Source of the DNA: a phage
Length of the DNA stretch: 64,000 nt
Strand: one strand, 5' to 3'
Sequence record: NC_100327.1
Position 1 is the stretch's first letter. Each line of letters opens with the position of its first letter. Below the pieces are notes generated by a model. The model ran no database searches and was not told where the DNA came from. It saw nothing but the letters and a program-made list of their open reading frames with translations. The translations under genes were made by a program, and so were the position numbers. Shown piece by piece: positions 1 to 8,474 of this stretch.

Positions 1-127
1 GGCGGACGAAATGGGAATACTTCTCATTCTTATAACAATTCTCAAATATCAAGGCAGTGAGGCAAATTAATAGGCTAGGCCGTTCACACAGTGGCACAAC
101 ATTTGCAACCTATCTTGTGGGAGTGAA

Positions 128-161
128 TGAGAATACCTATCATTGTGAGAATAGTTATCAT
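128..161. repeat. Two tandem copies of a 16-bp motif GAGAAY-N3-TATCATT
   Basis: gagaatacctatcatt at 128-143 and gagaatagttatcatt at 146-161; the same motif recurs at 11440-11455 and 11576-11591. Confidence 0.5.
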
Positions 162-494
162 TACGGGCAATTTAACATAATACCCATTATGCGCACCACT
201 GGCGATACATACAGGGATTGATAACATGGGTTACTGTTTACGCACATAACAATTATATTTCTTATTATTTGTGGGGGATATAGTTAGCAGCCAATAGATT
301 AGATATTGACCTGCAGACTTCTGACCGTCCAGACGTCTAAACGCCCACACAACAAGGATTATACATACAACACTGAATGTAAACAGGACCGCAAAAATGC
401 TACCATACAAGCTTGTAAATTTTTCATGCAGCACTTGACAAAGAGGAGAAAAACTTGTCTGACATAATGTGACCTAACTGACACAACATGACAC

Positions 495-590
495 TTTTAC
501 ACACCTATTAGTTTACACACTGGATTGTTTACATTCCTGATTGTTCACATGCTAACCATTTACATGATTGACTGTTTACACACCGATAAT
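495..590. repeat. Array of six direct repeats, core TTTACA(C/T)A, about 16-bp period (iteron-like; resembles DnaA-box 9-mer TTWTNCACA)
   Basis: Cores read at about 495, 512, 528, 544, 559 and 575; lies in a non-coding region. Confidence 0.5.
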
Positions 591-591
591 C

Positions 592-845
592 AGCCATGCC
601 ATTCGTTTGCATGACAATAATTATACATGACAATAATCGCACTGATTATAATTAGCATGACATAATATAAAAGCAGGGCAACTATTAGCAGATCTATAGT
701 TGCCTTGCTTGTTATGTCATAATTAACTAAATACAAGGCAACTATGATCTGATTAATAGTTTGCAGACAAACTATCACGGGGGTGATGGTTACTGCTTTT
801 ATATTATGTCGCGACTCCGTCGCGCCATGCCATTCGTTTGCATAG
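592..845. repeat. Pair of 20-bp direct repeats flanking a palindrome-rich segment
   Basis: gccatgccattcgtttgcat at 592-611 and 826-845; between them ggcaactat...atagttgcc palindromes and catgacaataat repeats. Confidence 0.5.
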
Positions 846-1449
846 TTGCCTTATTGTTACGAATAAAACAATTGCATTGTTAATGATTTCTTATCTTTCT
901 CTTAGTCATCTAATGATTCCAGTCAGTATAGTAATGTACAGTAAACATTAGACGACTAAAGATTTCTCTGTTTATTATAACTCACCGTTATAATTTCGAG
1001 CTGTTTACGAAAAATGTTGACATCCTAGCCGATTTATGTTATGCAGTTTACACGAATAATTATTTTATGCAGGTATTGACTATTCCGTTATTCTATGGTT
1101 GGAATAAATACTTAGCAGGCTATAGACTGGTGAGCGTACGTAAATTCTGAGATCTGGCGGCTATAGTTATACTCGATTTTTCACGTAGAACACGCTTTTG
1201 TGGTTATGTAAGTGCATGACTTATAAAGATTTTTAGTTGTTGACAAGATATTGGAGATGTGCATCAGGTTAAAATTTGTGCAATAGCGGCATTACGTGCA
1301 ATTTTGGAAGGTAAAACGGGTAAAAATGGCCTTGCTACCACACAATGAAAAATTATGCAATAGTTATTTTCCATGTATATTTGTACAGTGTGTGGGATTG
1401 ATGGCTCGTCAATTATTCCACTTGCCAGGTAGGGCCGTTTATGGTAGGA

Positions 1450-1486
1450 AAAGAGAAGACAAAAAGAAAGGGGCTTTAAGCCCCTG
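1450..1486 (-). terminator. Rho-independent terminator ending the early gene block
   Basis: Minus-strand hairpin aggggcttaaagcccct followed by TTTCTTTTTGTCTT, directly after the 1505-1768 stop. Confidence 0.6.
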
Positions 1487-1504
1487 ACCGTTCATCTTGT
1501 TGTA

Positions 1505-1768
1505 TTATTTGTTGCTCATCCAGTTTTCCCAAGCTGCCTGATAATCTGCCTCACTACGGCGGATCTCTTCTTGTTCTTCAAGTCGGATCTCTTCTTCCAG
1601 GTACCCCAAGATGTCAGCCTTTTTGGTCTGGCGTAGCATCCAGTCATCTTTTTTGCGGGTAAAGATCTTATAAGCTTTCTCGCAAACCTCTTTTTTGCTA
1701 CCTTTCTGGACTTCCAGAACACGATAAGCCATATATTGAACTAGTTTGAGCTGGTCAAGACGTTTCAT
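1505..1768 (-). CDS. hypothetical early protein (87 aa)
   Basis: ORF-track ORF; RBS AAGAGGAAAAACATC before the ATG; terminator downstream. Confidence 0.5.
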   Translation of the reverse strand: MKRLDQLKLVQYMAYRVLEVQKGSKKEVCEKAYKIFTRKKDDWMLRQTKKADILGYLEEEIRLEEQEEIRRSEADYQAAWENWMSNK

Positions 1769-1830
1769 GATGTTTTTCCTCTTTATGTGGTTTTTGTTTA
1801 GTGGGCCTTTTGGCCCGTGTCATTATCTTA

Positions 1831-2103
1831 TTACTTACGGCGGCAGAATTCAAGCGTTTTTAATTGATAATCTTCCTCAGCCTGGAGTACAACCGCCTCG
1901 ATCATTTCGTTGGCATTGTTGAAGCCATACCATTTAGCGAACTCATCCGCACCACCTTCGTGATCATGTTCTGCGTTCATCGCTTCCACGAAATGGAATT
2001 CAAGATTATTGAGATAAGGGCTTGATGTTCCGTCCTCTTTTTCGATGAGATCCCAAATAGCATTAAAACGTGATTCGACTTCTTGATTAATCCAGCTTGA
2101 CAT
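1831..2103 (-). CDS. hypothetical early protein (90 aa)
   Basis: ORF-track ORF; RBS AGAGAGGAAAACATT; promoter plus GC-rich leader element upstream. Confidence 0.5.
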   Translation of the reverse strand: MSSWINQEVESRFNAIWDLIEKEDGTSSPYLNNLEFHFVEAMNAEHDHEGGADEFAKWYGFNNANEMIEAVVLQAEEDYQLKTLEFCRRK

Positions 2104-2212
2104 AATGTTTTCCTCTCTTCTGGTTGTTGTGTGGGCACTTTTGCCCCTTCAAGATAAATGTTACCCCACCACCTGGCAGATGTCAACGGTTTTTATAGTT
2201 CTTATATGACAG

Positions 2213-2250
2213 GCAGGCCCGGTGATTGTCTCCCCCGTCGCCAGGTGCCT
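2213..2250 (-). promoter_or_regulatory. Conserved GC-rich promoter-proximal element, copy A (GGCAGGCACC..GACGGGGGAGACAATCACCGGGCCTGCC)
   Basis: Lies just downstream of the promoter at 2262-2289; near-identical copies at 11383-11420 and 11527-11568, each just downstream of a promoter. Confidence 0.5.
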
Positions 2251-2261
2251 GCCGTGTAATA

Positions 2262-2289
2262 AGTATAACAAAAAACAGGACCATTGCAA
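2262..2289 (-). promoter_or_regulatory. sigma70-type promoter (TTGCAA, 16 bp, TATACT)
   Basis: Hexamers read on the minus strand upstream of 1831-2103. Confidence 0.45.
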
Positions 2290-2313
2290 GCCCTGTTTTC
2301 TAGTTAATAAGGA

Positions 2314-2505
2314 TTATATTTTTTCGCCTATGTAGTCCGGTCGGTTTTTCTCTGTCATGCGCTTTAGCAATTCTTGCATGTTACTTATGGCTTGTAGTGT
2401 ATCCTCTTCCAGACTTGAATCAACATAATCAGGATCGTCTATGACCTTTCTATGATTATGATAACGCAGTACCGCCAATACCTTTCTAACTTGTTCAACA
2501 TTCAT
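2314..2505 (-). CDS. hypothetical protein (63 aa)
   Basis: ORF-track ORF tiling the minus-strand early block. Confidence 0.4.
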   Translation of the reverse strand: MNVEQVRKVLAVLRYHNHRKVIDDPDYVDSSLEEDTLQAISNMQELLKRMTEKNRPDYIGEKI

Positions 2506-2517
2506 TTTTATCGCTCT

Positions 2518-2652
2518 TTAAAACAAGGTGCCAACCGTTTCTAGTAGATCACTGACCACCAGGACAATACTGATCAGCACATATCTAACCATAAGGGGAA
2601 AGAGCGCCAGCGATCCCGCCACAATCCCCAAGGTAATGATTATCTTTTTCAC
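2518..2652 (-). CDS. small hydrophobic membrane peptide (44 aa, GTG start overlapping upstream stop as GTGA)
   Basis: Hand translation VKKIIITLGIVAGSLALFPLMVRYVLISIVLVVSDLLETVGTLF; two hydrophobic segments; fills the gap between 2505 and 2649; not in ORF track. Confidence 0.35.
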   Translation of the reverse strand: MKKIIITLGIVAGSLALFPLMVRYVLISIVLVVSDLLETVGTLF

Positions 2653-2939
2653 GGTTGACGGTTAACGTAAGCTTTACCGTTCACGGTTATGGGTAGATCC
2701 TCCAGGTCTGGATCTTCCTTAAGGTCGCGAGCAAGCTCACCGCACCGGATACCCTCGAATCCGTAGTACTCTGTTGTACCGTCATTAAAAGTTTTAGCGG
2801 CAAGGCATAAGCGATAAGTAACCCCGATTTGATTGACGGCATGGATATCCGTTAGATCAACCTCTTTTGCCAGCTCTTTAGCCATTACAGGCGCATTAAG
2901 TCCAACAACCAGGGCAACTACTGCGATCATCTTTTTCAT
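2649..2939 (-). CDS. small secreted/periplasmic protein with N-terminal signal peptide
   Basis: N-terminus MKKMIAVVALVVGLNAPVMA-KE is a typical Sec signal with an AxA cleavage site. Confidence 0.55.
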   Translation of the reverse strand: MKKMIAVVALVVGLNAPVMAKELAKEVDLTDIHAVNQIGVTYRLCLAAKTFNDGTTEYYGFEGIRCGELARDLKEDPDLEDLPITVNGKAYVNRQP

Positions 2940-3030
2940 TGTGTCTATCCTCTTTCTGCTACGTTTAAGGCGGCGGTAACCGCCTGTTTATGATTTATTG
3001 GTTAATTTTCAGGTATCGCTATAAATTAAA

Positions 3031-3255
3031 CTATGCTGTACGCTCAACTATAACAACGGTTTGAGGGATCTCACCTTCCACCACTATCAAGGCCTTTTTC
3101 TGCGTGATGGATATCTTTACCCGTTGCAGCGTGGCGGTGAAGTCTTTCATTTCGTCACGTGGTGTTTTAGTGCAATGCCAGATCTCAGGCTTACCTATTT
3201 GCAAGCCGCGTAAAAATTCTGTTTTACCTGTCTTATTCGTGATCATTTGATTCAC
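3031..3255 (-). CDS. hypothetical protein (74 aa)
   Basis: ORF-track ORF tiling the early block. Confidence 0.4.
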   Translation of the reverse strand: MNQMITNKTGKTEFLRGLQIGKPEIWHCTKTPRDEMKDFTATLQRVKISITQKKALIVVEGEIPQTVVIVERTA

Positions 3256-3256
3256 C

Positions 3257-3460
3257 TTAACCGATACCGTGGGAAGATAGGATCATGTTAGCCATAGTTG
3301 CAACCACTCCAACCGATAATGCCAGGCCAACTACTACAACCGTGAAAATTTTCTCTAACATGATTCTACCCTCATTAATGGGCGTTGCCTTATTGCCCCG
3401 CCCTACGAAATACAGTCTATCAAGTAATAAACTATTGTCAAGATTTATTTTACTTCCCAA
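3257..3460 (-). CDS. hypothetical small membrane protein; true start probably the internal ATG near 3361
   Basis: Track start is TTG; an ATG with RBS GAGGG (aatgagggtagaatcATG) would give a 34-aa hydrophobic peptide MLEKIFTVVVVGLALSVGVV... Confidence 0.35.
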   Translation of the reverse strand: MGSKINLDNSLLLDRLYFVGRGNKATPINEGRIMLEKIFTVVVVGLALSVGVVATMANMILSSHGIG

Positions 3461-3919
3461 ACGGAAAATTCACTACCTGGCGGAATCATCTTTTTAATCT
3501 TGTTTGCTGCTGCTACCAGATCCACGGCTTGTACTGTAATAATATAACCAATTGTCGAGGCTGTTGCGTTGAAAGTTTTCATTAAATTACCCTCATTAAT
3601 GGCGGGAAGTATTCCCGCGCTATGTAGTACACTTTACCAGATTGTTGACTGTTGTCAAACTATTTTAACGATAATCATCATATGCTTTATTGACCTGGCG
3701 AATATAACATTCAAAAGCTAGATCAATAGATTTATATTCACGGATATATTCACCATAGGAAACCACATACATTTCTATAGCTTCCTCATATGCGAGGAGA
3801 ATAGAATCTAAGCCTACGATCTCAGTCTTTGCAATAATAGCCATGATTTTTATCCTCTTTGTGGTTGGTGGGGCTTGTTGCCCCCTTTGATTTATATTCT
3901 ACAGTCTTATAAGGTCATG

Positions 3920-4153
3920 TCAACTATTTTCAAAAAATTTTTCTGCTGTAATATTTTTCCCGGTAGGGTTCGCTACTTTCAAAATTTTATCATGCACCGG
4001 ACGCCCGAAAGAATAAGATCCGTATACAGTAAACCAATAATTGCCGTCAGGCTGTACTATTACCGCCGCATGTGGTACGCCTTTTTCGTTTTTGCTGACA
4101 AAATAGATCACATTGCCATTAATAGCCTCGGCGCGTTTAATTTGTTCCATCAT
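3920..4153 (-). CDS. hypothetical protein (77 aa)
   Basis: ORF-track ORF; RBS TAGGTGA upstream; GC hairpin in 5' UTR. Confidence 0.45.
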   Translation of the reverse strand: MMEQIKRAEAINGNVIYFVSKNEKGVPHAAVIVQPDGNYWFTVYGSYSFGRPVHDKILKVANPTGKNITAEKFFENS

Positions 4154-4215
4154 GATGATTCACCTATCTTTATTTTTCATAGTTTCAGGAGGGGGCCTTT
4201 TCGGCCCCGCCAGGT

Positions 4216-4500
4216 TTATTTATTGATAGCGTGCAGCGGGAAAGGTACGCCAGGTTGATAGATAACCTTTACAACCTCATCAGGACAAAAGAAATTGCAG
4301 AACTCACCGCAATAGGCCTCATCCTCTTTCAACTCTTCATCAACATACTCAAAAAAGTAGTCGATGCTTGGATAATCTTGCCCTGGGTTATAGTCAACCA
4401 TTGTCAGGACTAGTTCAAGATCGTTGCGTAGGATATGCATACCCGCTTTTAAGTATTTTGCTTCCATTTTCACTACATCGCCAACGGTAACAATAGCCAT
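4216..4500 (-). CDS. hypothetical protein (94 aa)
   Basis: ORF-track ORF; RBS ATAGGAG before the ATG; promoter at 4561-4590. Confidence 0.5.
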   Translation of the reverse strand: MAIVTVGDVVKMEAKYLKAGMHILRNDLELVLTMVDYNPGQDYPSIDYFFEYVDEELKEDEAYCGEFCNFFCPDEVVKVIYQPGVPFPLHAINK

Positions 4501-4560
4501 GGTTTTAACTCCTATCTATCCGGTTAATGATTGGAGGCCTCGCCGCCCCCCCGACACCCT

Positions 4561-4590
4561 TTATTATCCATATTGTAGGACTTGATGCAA
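4561..4590 (-). promoter_or_regulatory. sigma70-type promoter (TTGCAT ... ATAATA) with AT-rich upstream region
   Basis: Read on the minus strand upstream of 4216-4500, downstream of the terminator at 4636-4673. Confidence 0.4.
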
Positions 4591-4635
4591 GTACTTCTTT
4601 AAAAATTTTTTAAGCGCCTTGGGGGCCGCTGTAAC

Positions 4636-4673
4636 GCCAAAATAATAAAGGCTATGCGGTTGCATAGCCTTTA
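4636..4673 (-). terminator. Rho-independent terminator
   Basis: Minus-strand hairpin aaaggctatgcaaccgcatagccttt followed by ATTATTTTGG, just after the 4708-5058 stop. Confidence 0.6.
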
Positions 4674-4707
4674 TGTGATTATATCGCTGCAGGCCCTGCC
4701 AGGGGCC

Positions 4708-5058
4708 TTATTTTGCATTCTTTCCTATATTGCCGCTACGGTACCAGCGTTTACGGTGAAAATGGTAATAATCACCATCGGCATTAAACATCAGATGATT
4801 TTCAATAACCAGCTTACGAAGGTGGGCCGGATCTTGTTCCATTCTTGCCAGATTCTGGCGGCTGTTACGTAAGCGGATAAATTCTATATTCAGGCCGTTG
4901 ATTGCAGCATGGATGTCAAAGTAACCACCTTTGAGACGTTCACGCATGGCGTTAAGCTCAACACAATATACAGATTTCTCACAAATCAAGGTATTAGCCA
5001 GGGCGCGGACCTGGGCAAGGGGGTTAAGCTCATTAAGGTAATATAGTTTTACTTTCAT
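4708..5058 (-). CDS. hypothetical protein (116 aa)
   Basis: ORF-track ORF; probably co-transcribed with 5076-5396. Confidence 0.5.
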   Translation of the reverse strand: MKVKLYYLNELNPLAQVRALANTLICEKSVYCVELNAMRERLKGGYFDIHAAINGLNIEFIRLRNSRQNLARMEQDPAHLRKLVIENHLMFNADGDYYHFHRKRWYRSGNIGKNAK

Positions 5059-5075
5059 AAAATCACCTGCTGAAA

Positions 5076-5396
5076 TTAGTTTGAGAAAACATCGTTCACA
5101 ATAGCGATCACAATGCCGCCCACCTTGTCACGGTCAACAATGCACAAATCACCATAGATCATGTGGTAGTCTGGATGATCTTTGACGGAATAGTCGATAA
5201 GTGTTTTCTTGTCATCCAGCTTACTAACTTCCATTCTCATAACGATATGAGAATCATCAAAGGCATTATTCCGAAAAGTCATAACCTGACCGCCAGGGCA
5301 CCCGGTGATTTCCACCTCCACGCCGTCTACGATCTGACCATCAAAGAAATAAAGATTATTAGCCTGGATAAACATGATCATTACTCCTTTTTGCAC
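5076..5396 (-). CDS. hypothetical protein; likely start is the ATG at 5375 (MFIQANN...)
   Basis: RBS AAGGAG lies 8 nt before the ATG at 5375; the track start is an upstream GTG. Confidence 0.5.
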   Translation of the reverse strand: MQKGVMIMFIQANNLYFFDGQIVDGVEVEITGCPGGQVMTFRNNAFDDSHIVMRMEVSKLDDKKTLIDYSVKDHPDYHMIYGDLCIVDRDKVGGIVIAIVNDVFSN

Positions 5397-5417
5397 TGAT
5401 TATTTTAACAGGGTTTA

Positions 5418-5447
5418 AATTTACTTTATTGATGGCCCTGGAGTCAA
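5418..5447 (-). promoter_or_regulatory. sigma70-type promoter (TTGACT ... TAAATT) inside a palindromic element
   Basis: -35 sits in the palindrome gatggccctggagtcaaggccatc; part of a repeated 45-bp element also at 9155-9200 and 9776-9820. Confidence 0.45.
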
Positions 5448-5466
5448 GGCCATCTAAAAATAAATT

Positions 5467-5667
5467 TTACAGGCCTACAATCTCTTTAATTCGTTTTACT
5501 GCTGCCTCAGCGCCTTGAGGGTAAAAATTATGGTAACCAATCACGCGAGTGATACTAATCGCCGTTTGATGATCTTCATAATCACCTTTAAAGATTTCTT
5601 GACCGTCAATCAGCACGGCAATTTTTTCTTCTTTTTTGAAGTTAATAACGCGGATATTGTTGCTCAT
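5467..5667 (-). CDS. hypothetical protein (66 aa)
   Basis: ORF-track ORF; RBS AAAGGAG; 5' hairpin ggggagacactcccc; promoter at 5727-5755. Confidence 0.45.
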   Translation of the reverse strand: MSNNIRVINFKKEEKIAVLIDGQEIFKGDYEDHQTAISITRVIGYHNFYPQGAEAAVKRIKEIVGL

Positions 5668-5726
5668 TTTGTTTCTCCTTTTGGAACTTTGTCTATGCGG
5701 TGGGGAGTGTCTCCCCGTTGATTGTT

Positions 5727-5755
5727 ATTATCCACATTCCGGGACCGGATTGCAA
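5727..5755 (-). promoter_or_regulatory. sigma70-type promoter (TTGCAA, 17 bp, GATAAT)
   Basis: Read on the minus strand; followed by a 5' hairpin and RBS of 5467-5667. Confidence 0.45.
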
Positions 5756-5954
5756 CACCCCGGAAGAATTTTTTTTTTTTTTAAAGATAGGCCCCCATGA
5801 TCGGGGGGCCGTTCTTAGTTACTTACAGCGATAAAGTACATCCCTACCCCTAACAATATTTCAAGGGCGATGATCTCAAGCCATACCATAACACGGCGCG
5901 CCTTATCGGTGCGGGGCTTATCCTTGGGTGTCATCGTCTCCCCCTTTCCCCCTG

Positions 5955-6194
5955 TTAGTAGTGACGTGGTTTACAATGGCCCCCAGGAGTACCATCACTA
6001 CGCACACCACAAGAAAAATTATCTCTGTCGTTGTTCGATCCATTGTTATAAAATTCCTCAAGATCAGGCTTGAAAATAAAGCGTTCGTTATTGAATCCAT
6101 CACGCCAGGCGGCTGGCTTCAAATCTTCACTAAAGGGATTAATTAACGTGGCATTATTTAAACGGTTGGCCCACATATTTTCTATTCCTCTCAA
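5955..6194 (-). CDS. hypothetical protein (79 aa)
   Basis: ORF-track ORF; same-strand tiling. Confidence 0.4.
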   Translation of the reverse strand: MRGIENMWANRLNNATLINPFSEDLKPAAWRDGFNNERFIFKPDLEEFYNNGSNNDRDNFSCGVRSDGTPGGHCKPRHY

Positions 6195-6525
6195 ATAGGC
6201 GATCCGCCTCAGTTAAACATATCTCATGGGCTTGATCTCTGGTTTTAGCCTCATCGAAAACTTGTTGTGCCAGGCTGCAGCGTAGGGAGACTGGAAGATC
6301 ACTATAATAGGCGTTGACAAACGTTTGAGCGTCGTACAGGTCTGAAAATACTTTACCCTTTCTATTATTCCCCTTGTCAACAATTGCAAGGATAACAAGT
6401 ACAATAGTTGCAACCACCCCCAGGAAAATAGATATAATAAACCATAAAAAGGCGGATCTACCCATCTTGCCAGCGATCCAGGCGTTGAACAAGGCAACTA
6501 CTACAGCCAAAATAATAAATTCCAT
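6154..6525 (-). CDS. membrane protein with two N-terminal transmembrane helices; start ATG at 6525 (MEFIILAVVV...)
   Basis: RBS AAAGAGG before the ATG at 6525; hydrophobic stretches EFIILAVVVALFNAWIA and FLWFIISIFLGVVATIVLVILAIV. Confidence 0.5.
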   Translation of the reverse strand: MEFIILAVVVALFNAWIAGKMGRSAFLWFIISIFLGVVATIVLVILAIVDKGNNRKGKVFSDLYDAQTFVNAYYSDLPVSLRCSLAQQVFDEAKTRDQAHEICLTEADRLFERNRKYVGQPFK

Positions 6526-6589
6526 TCTATGTACCTCTTTTGCAGTTCTGTTTAACAATAAGGCGGCAAATATGCCGCCTGTTACCTGA

Positions 6590-6970
6590 TTAAAAATTAT
6601 CGCCGTAAATCTTTCCGCTTTCTGCCCACACCACCACGCGGGGCATGTTATCCCATACGTCTTGTTTTAGATTGAGCGCGTGCAATTCTTCGGTGGTGCC
6701 CATACCGGGCACGGGCTGATTGTATACTGCAAAACGACCACCCGCATAGTCATAGGCCAGGGTTAAATCACACTGGATCATCTTTTTGATCATGGCGTTG
6801 AGCATAGCGTTAGCCGCATACTGGTCACGTTTTAGGGGCAACTCTTTGATTAGTTTGCGATAGTTTTCAATGTGATCGCACACTGTTTCACGTGGAAGAT
6901 CTTTCATATCTTCACGGAATGTAACCAGGTTAAACATAACGGTGTCAATAGCCTTGGTAGTGTTTTTCAT
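6590..6970 (-). CDS. hypothetical protein (126 aa)
   Basis: ORF-track ORF; promoter at 7024-7051 and 5' hairpin at 6995-7014. Confidence 0.5.
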   Translation of the reverse strand: MKNTTKAIDTVMFNLVTFREDMKDLPRETVCDHIENYRKLIKELPLKRDQYAANAMLNAMIKKMIQCDLTLAYDYAGGRFAVYNQPVPGMGTTEELHALNLKQDVWDNMPRVVVWAESGKIYGDNF

Positions 6971-7023
6971 AATGTTTTCCTCTTTGTTTTGTGTGGGGCA
7001 AACGTCTTGCCCCCTTGAGTTTT

Positions 7024-7051
7024 AATATAGCAGGTTTTTAGGTTATTGCAA
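7024..7051 (-). promoter_or_regulatory. sigma70-type promoter (TTGCAA, 16 bp, TATATT)
   Basis: Read on the minus strand; transcript would start just before the hairpin ggggcaaacgtcttgcccc. Confidence 0.4.
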
Positions 7052-7059
7052 CACTTTAT

Positions 7060-7683
7060 TTATGAAAAAGTCATCTCGCCATATTCATCCACATCAAACC
7101 GCCAATCATTGGCCTCAATAAGGCCGATCAGGTTTTCGGTAGTAAACTGTTCAAGATAGGCCTCCTCCAGGTCTACGTAAACCTTGCGGGATAGCTCCCG
7201 TACCGTCTCGGTGATCAGCTCTTCCAGGTCTTCCACTTTGTTTTCTTGTTTGGCGGTCAGATCTAGCCAGGCGGTATCAATGTATCCGCTTACAGTGTTT
7301 TCGTGACTATAGCGGCTATATGGATCACGCTCAACACTGGCTGATAACTCGCCATCGTGCATTGTGCCGAACAAGTGACGAATTGATCGGAACTTGGTCA
7401 GGGCCCTTACTTTACGCAAAAATTTTTCTAAATCCACGTTTTCAGCACTGATTGACGCGCCGTCACCCTGGCACCAAAAGCCTGACCAATGTACTTCGGT
7501 ATCTTCAAGGCCATACTCTGGAAAAACATATTCTTTATAGTATTCAATTACACTTTCTGCAAAAAAGTTATCCCCGCTGTGTTCTTCTCTTTCGCGGACC
7601 ATTTCAACGGCTTTTTCTTTTTGTTCGTCGGTCAGCACGTCGAAAGATAAATTGTAACCTGCGGTAATGTTAACGGTGGTCAT
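7060..7683 (-). CDS. hypothetical protein (207 aa)
   Basis: ORF-track ORF; RBS AGGAGAAAATATC before the ATG; promoter and 5' hairpin upstream. Confidence 0.55.
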   Translation of the reverse strand: MTTVNITAGYNLSFDVLTDEQKEKAVEMVREREEHSGDNFFAESVIEYYKEYVFPEYGLEDTEVHWSGFWCQGDGASISAENVDLEKFLRKVRALTKFRSIRHLFGTMHDGELSASVERDPYSRYSHENTVSGYIDTAWLDLTAKQENKVEDLEELITETVRELSRKVYVDLEEAYLEQFTTENLIGLIEANDWRFDVDEYGEMTFS

Positions 7684-7739
7684 GATATTTTCTCCTATTT
7701 TCTTTGTTAGTGGCGGGAAGTTTTCCCGCCTGTGTGTTT

Positions 7740-7767
7740 AAGTATACTTATTGAGGCTTACTTGTCA
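7740..7767 (-). promoter_or_regulatory. sigma70-type promoter (TTGACA, 16 bp, TATACT)
   Basis: Read on the minus strand; followed by 5' hairpin ggcgggaaaacttcccgcc (7712-7730) and RBS. Confidence 0.5.
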
Positions 7768-8018
7768 ACACTATTTTTTAAATTATTGTGGCGTAAAATG
7801 TTTAGAATCTCTTCAACGTCATCAACACGGCGGCAATTTTTAAACGCTACCAATTGCCCCCGGATCTTAATCACTGGGCGGCCTTGCCAGTGCCCCTGGA
7901 GAAAGCGCGCTTTAACTTTATCGGTGGAACTATCACGCCACCAAACGGCCTTATTATTGCAGTAGTAAAAATTATTCAGGACAACATCGACTTTATCAAA
8001 ATTTTTTAATTTACGCAT
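7758..8018 (-). CDS. hypothetical protein (86 aa)
   Basis: ORF-track ORF; RBS AAAGGGG; promoter at 8054-8082. Confidence 0.5.
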   Translation of the reverse strand: MRKLKNFDKVDVVLNNFYYCNNKAVWWRDSSTDKVKARFLQGHWQGRPVIKIRGQLVAFKNCRRVDDVEEILNILRHNNLKNSVDK

Positions 8019-8053
8019 GGCGTTTACCCCTTTCTTCTTGCTTTGATGTGGTT

Positions 8054-8082
8054 AGTATATCCAGGCGATTCCAAGGTGTCAA
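8054..8082 (-). promoter_or_regulatory. sigma70-type promoter (TTGACA, 17 bp, TATACT)
   Basis: Both hexamers read on the minus strand upstream of 7758-8018. Confidence 0.5.
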
Positions 8083-8252
8083 GCTTTAAATAAAAGATAT
8101 TTTTAACACCATAAAACGGTCCTGGGTGATGTTTTCAGGCTAAGAAAGGGGATTGCATAGGTAGGGGCTTTTGTGGCGTTTGTGGTGCCAACCAGGGGCG
8201 CTATTCGTAGGATAGAAATAAAAAGCCCCGCACAATGGCGGGGCGTTGGTTG

Positions 8253-8474
8253 TTATTTGCCTTTGTGGCGGTATCGTTCCGCCTGTCGTTCACGTTCCAA
8301 AAGCAGGCCCGGTAATTTGCGATCATAGTGATTCCTCCAGATCTTCCCGAACCTTTTCGGTTTATTCAGTTTATTGTTACGCTGGCGGCGTTCCGGCAGC
8401 TCTTCGGAATCGTGGGGGCGCTTTACAATTTTTTCGAAATTAATTTTCATAAATTTCCCCTTTACTAATTTCAA
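8253..8474 (-). CDS. hypothetical basic protein (73 aa)
   Basis: ORF-track ORF; Lys/Arg-rich. Confidence 0.4.
   Translation of the reverse strand: MKLVKGKFMKINFEKIVKRPHDSEELPERRQRNNKLNKPKRFGKIWRNHYDRKLPGLLLERERQAERYRHKGK

Noticed and set aside
495-590. Possible CRISPR array suggested by regularly spaced direct repeats
   Set aside because: The period is only about 16 bp with 8-bp cores and no spacer-sized unique segments. This is an iteron-type array, not CRISPR.
231-778. Two short minus-strand ORFs (231-434 and 590-778) in the repeat-rich terminus
   Set aside because: No RBS, and they run across the direct and palindromic repeats. Treated as chance ORFs in AT-rich DNA.
860-1300. tRNA genes in non-coding regions
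   Set aside because: No GTTCRANYC T-loop or cloverleaf-compatible segment was seen by eye in either non-coding region; a proper tRNA scan was not possible.
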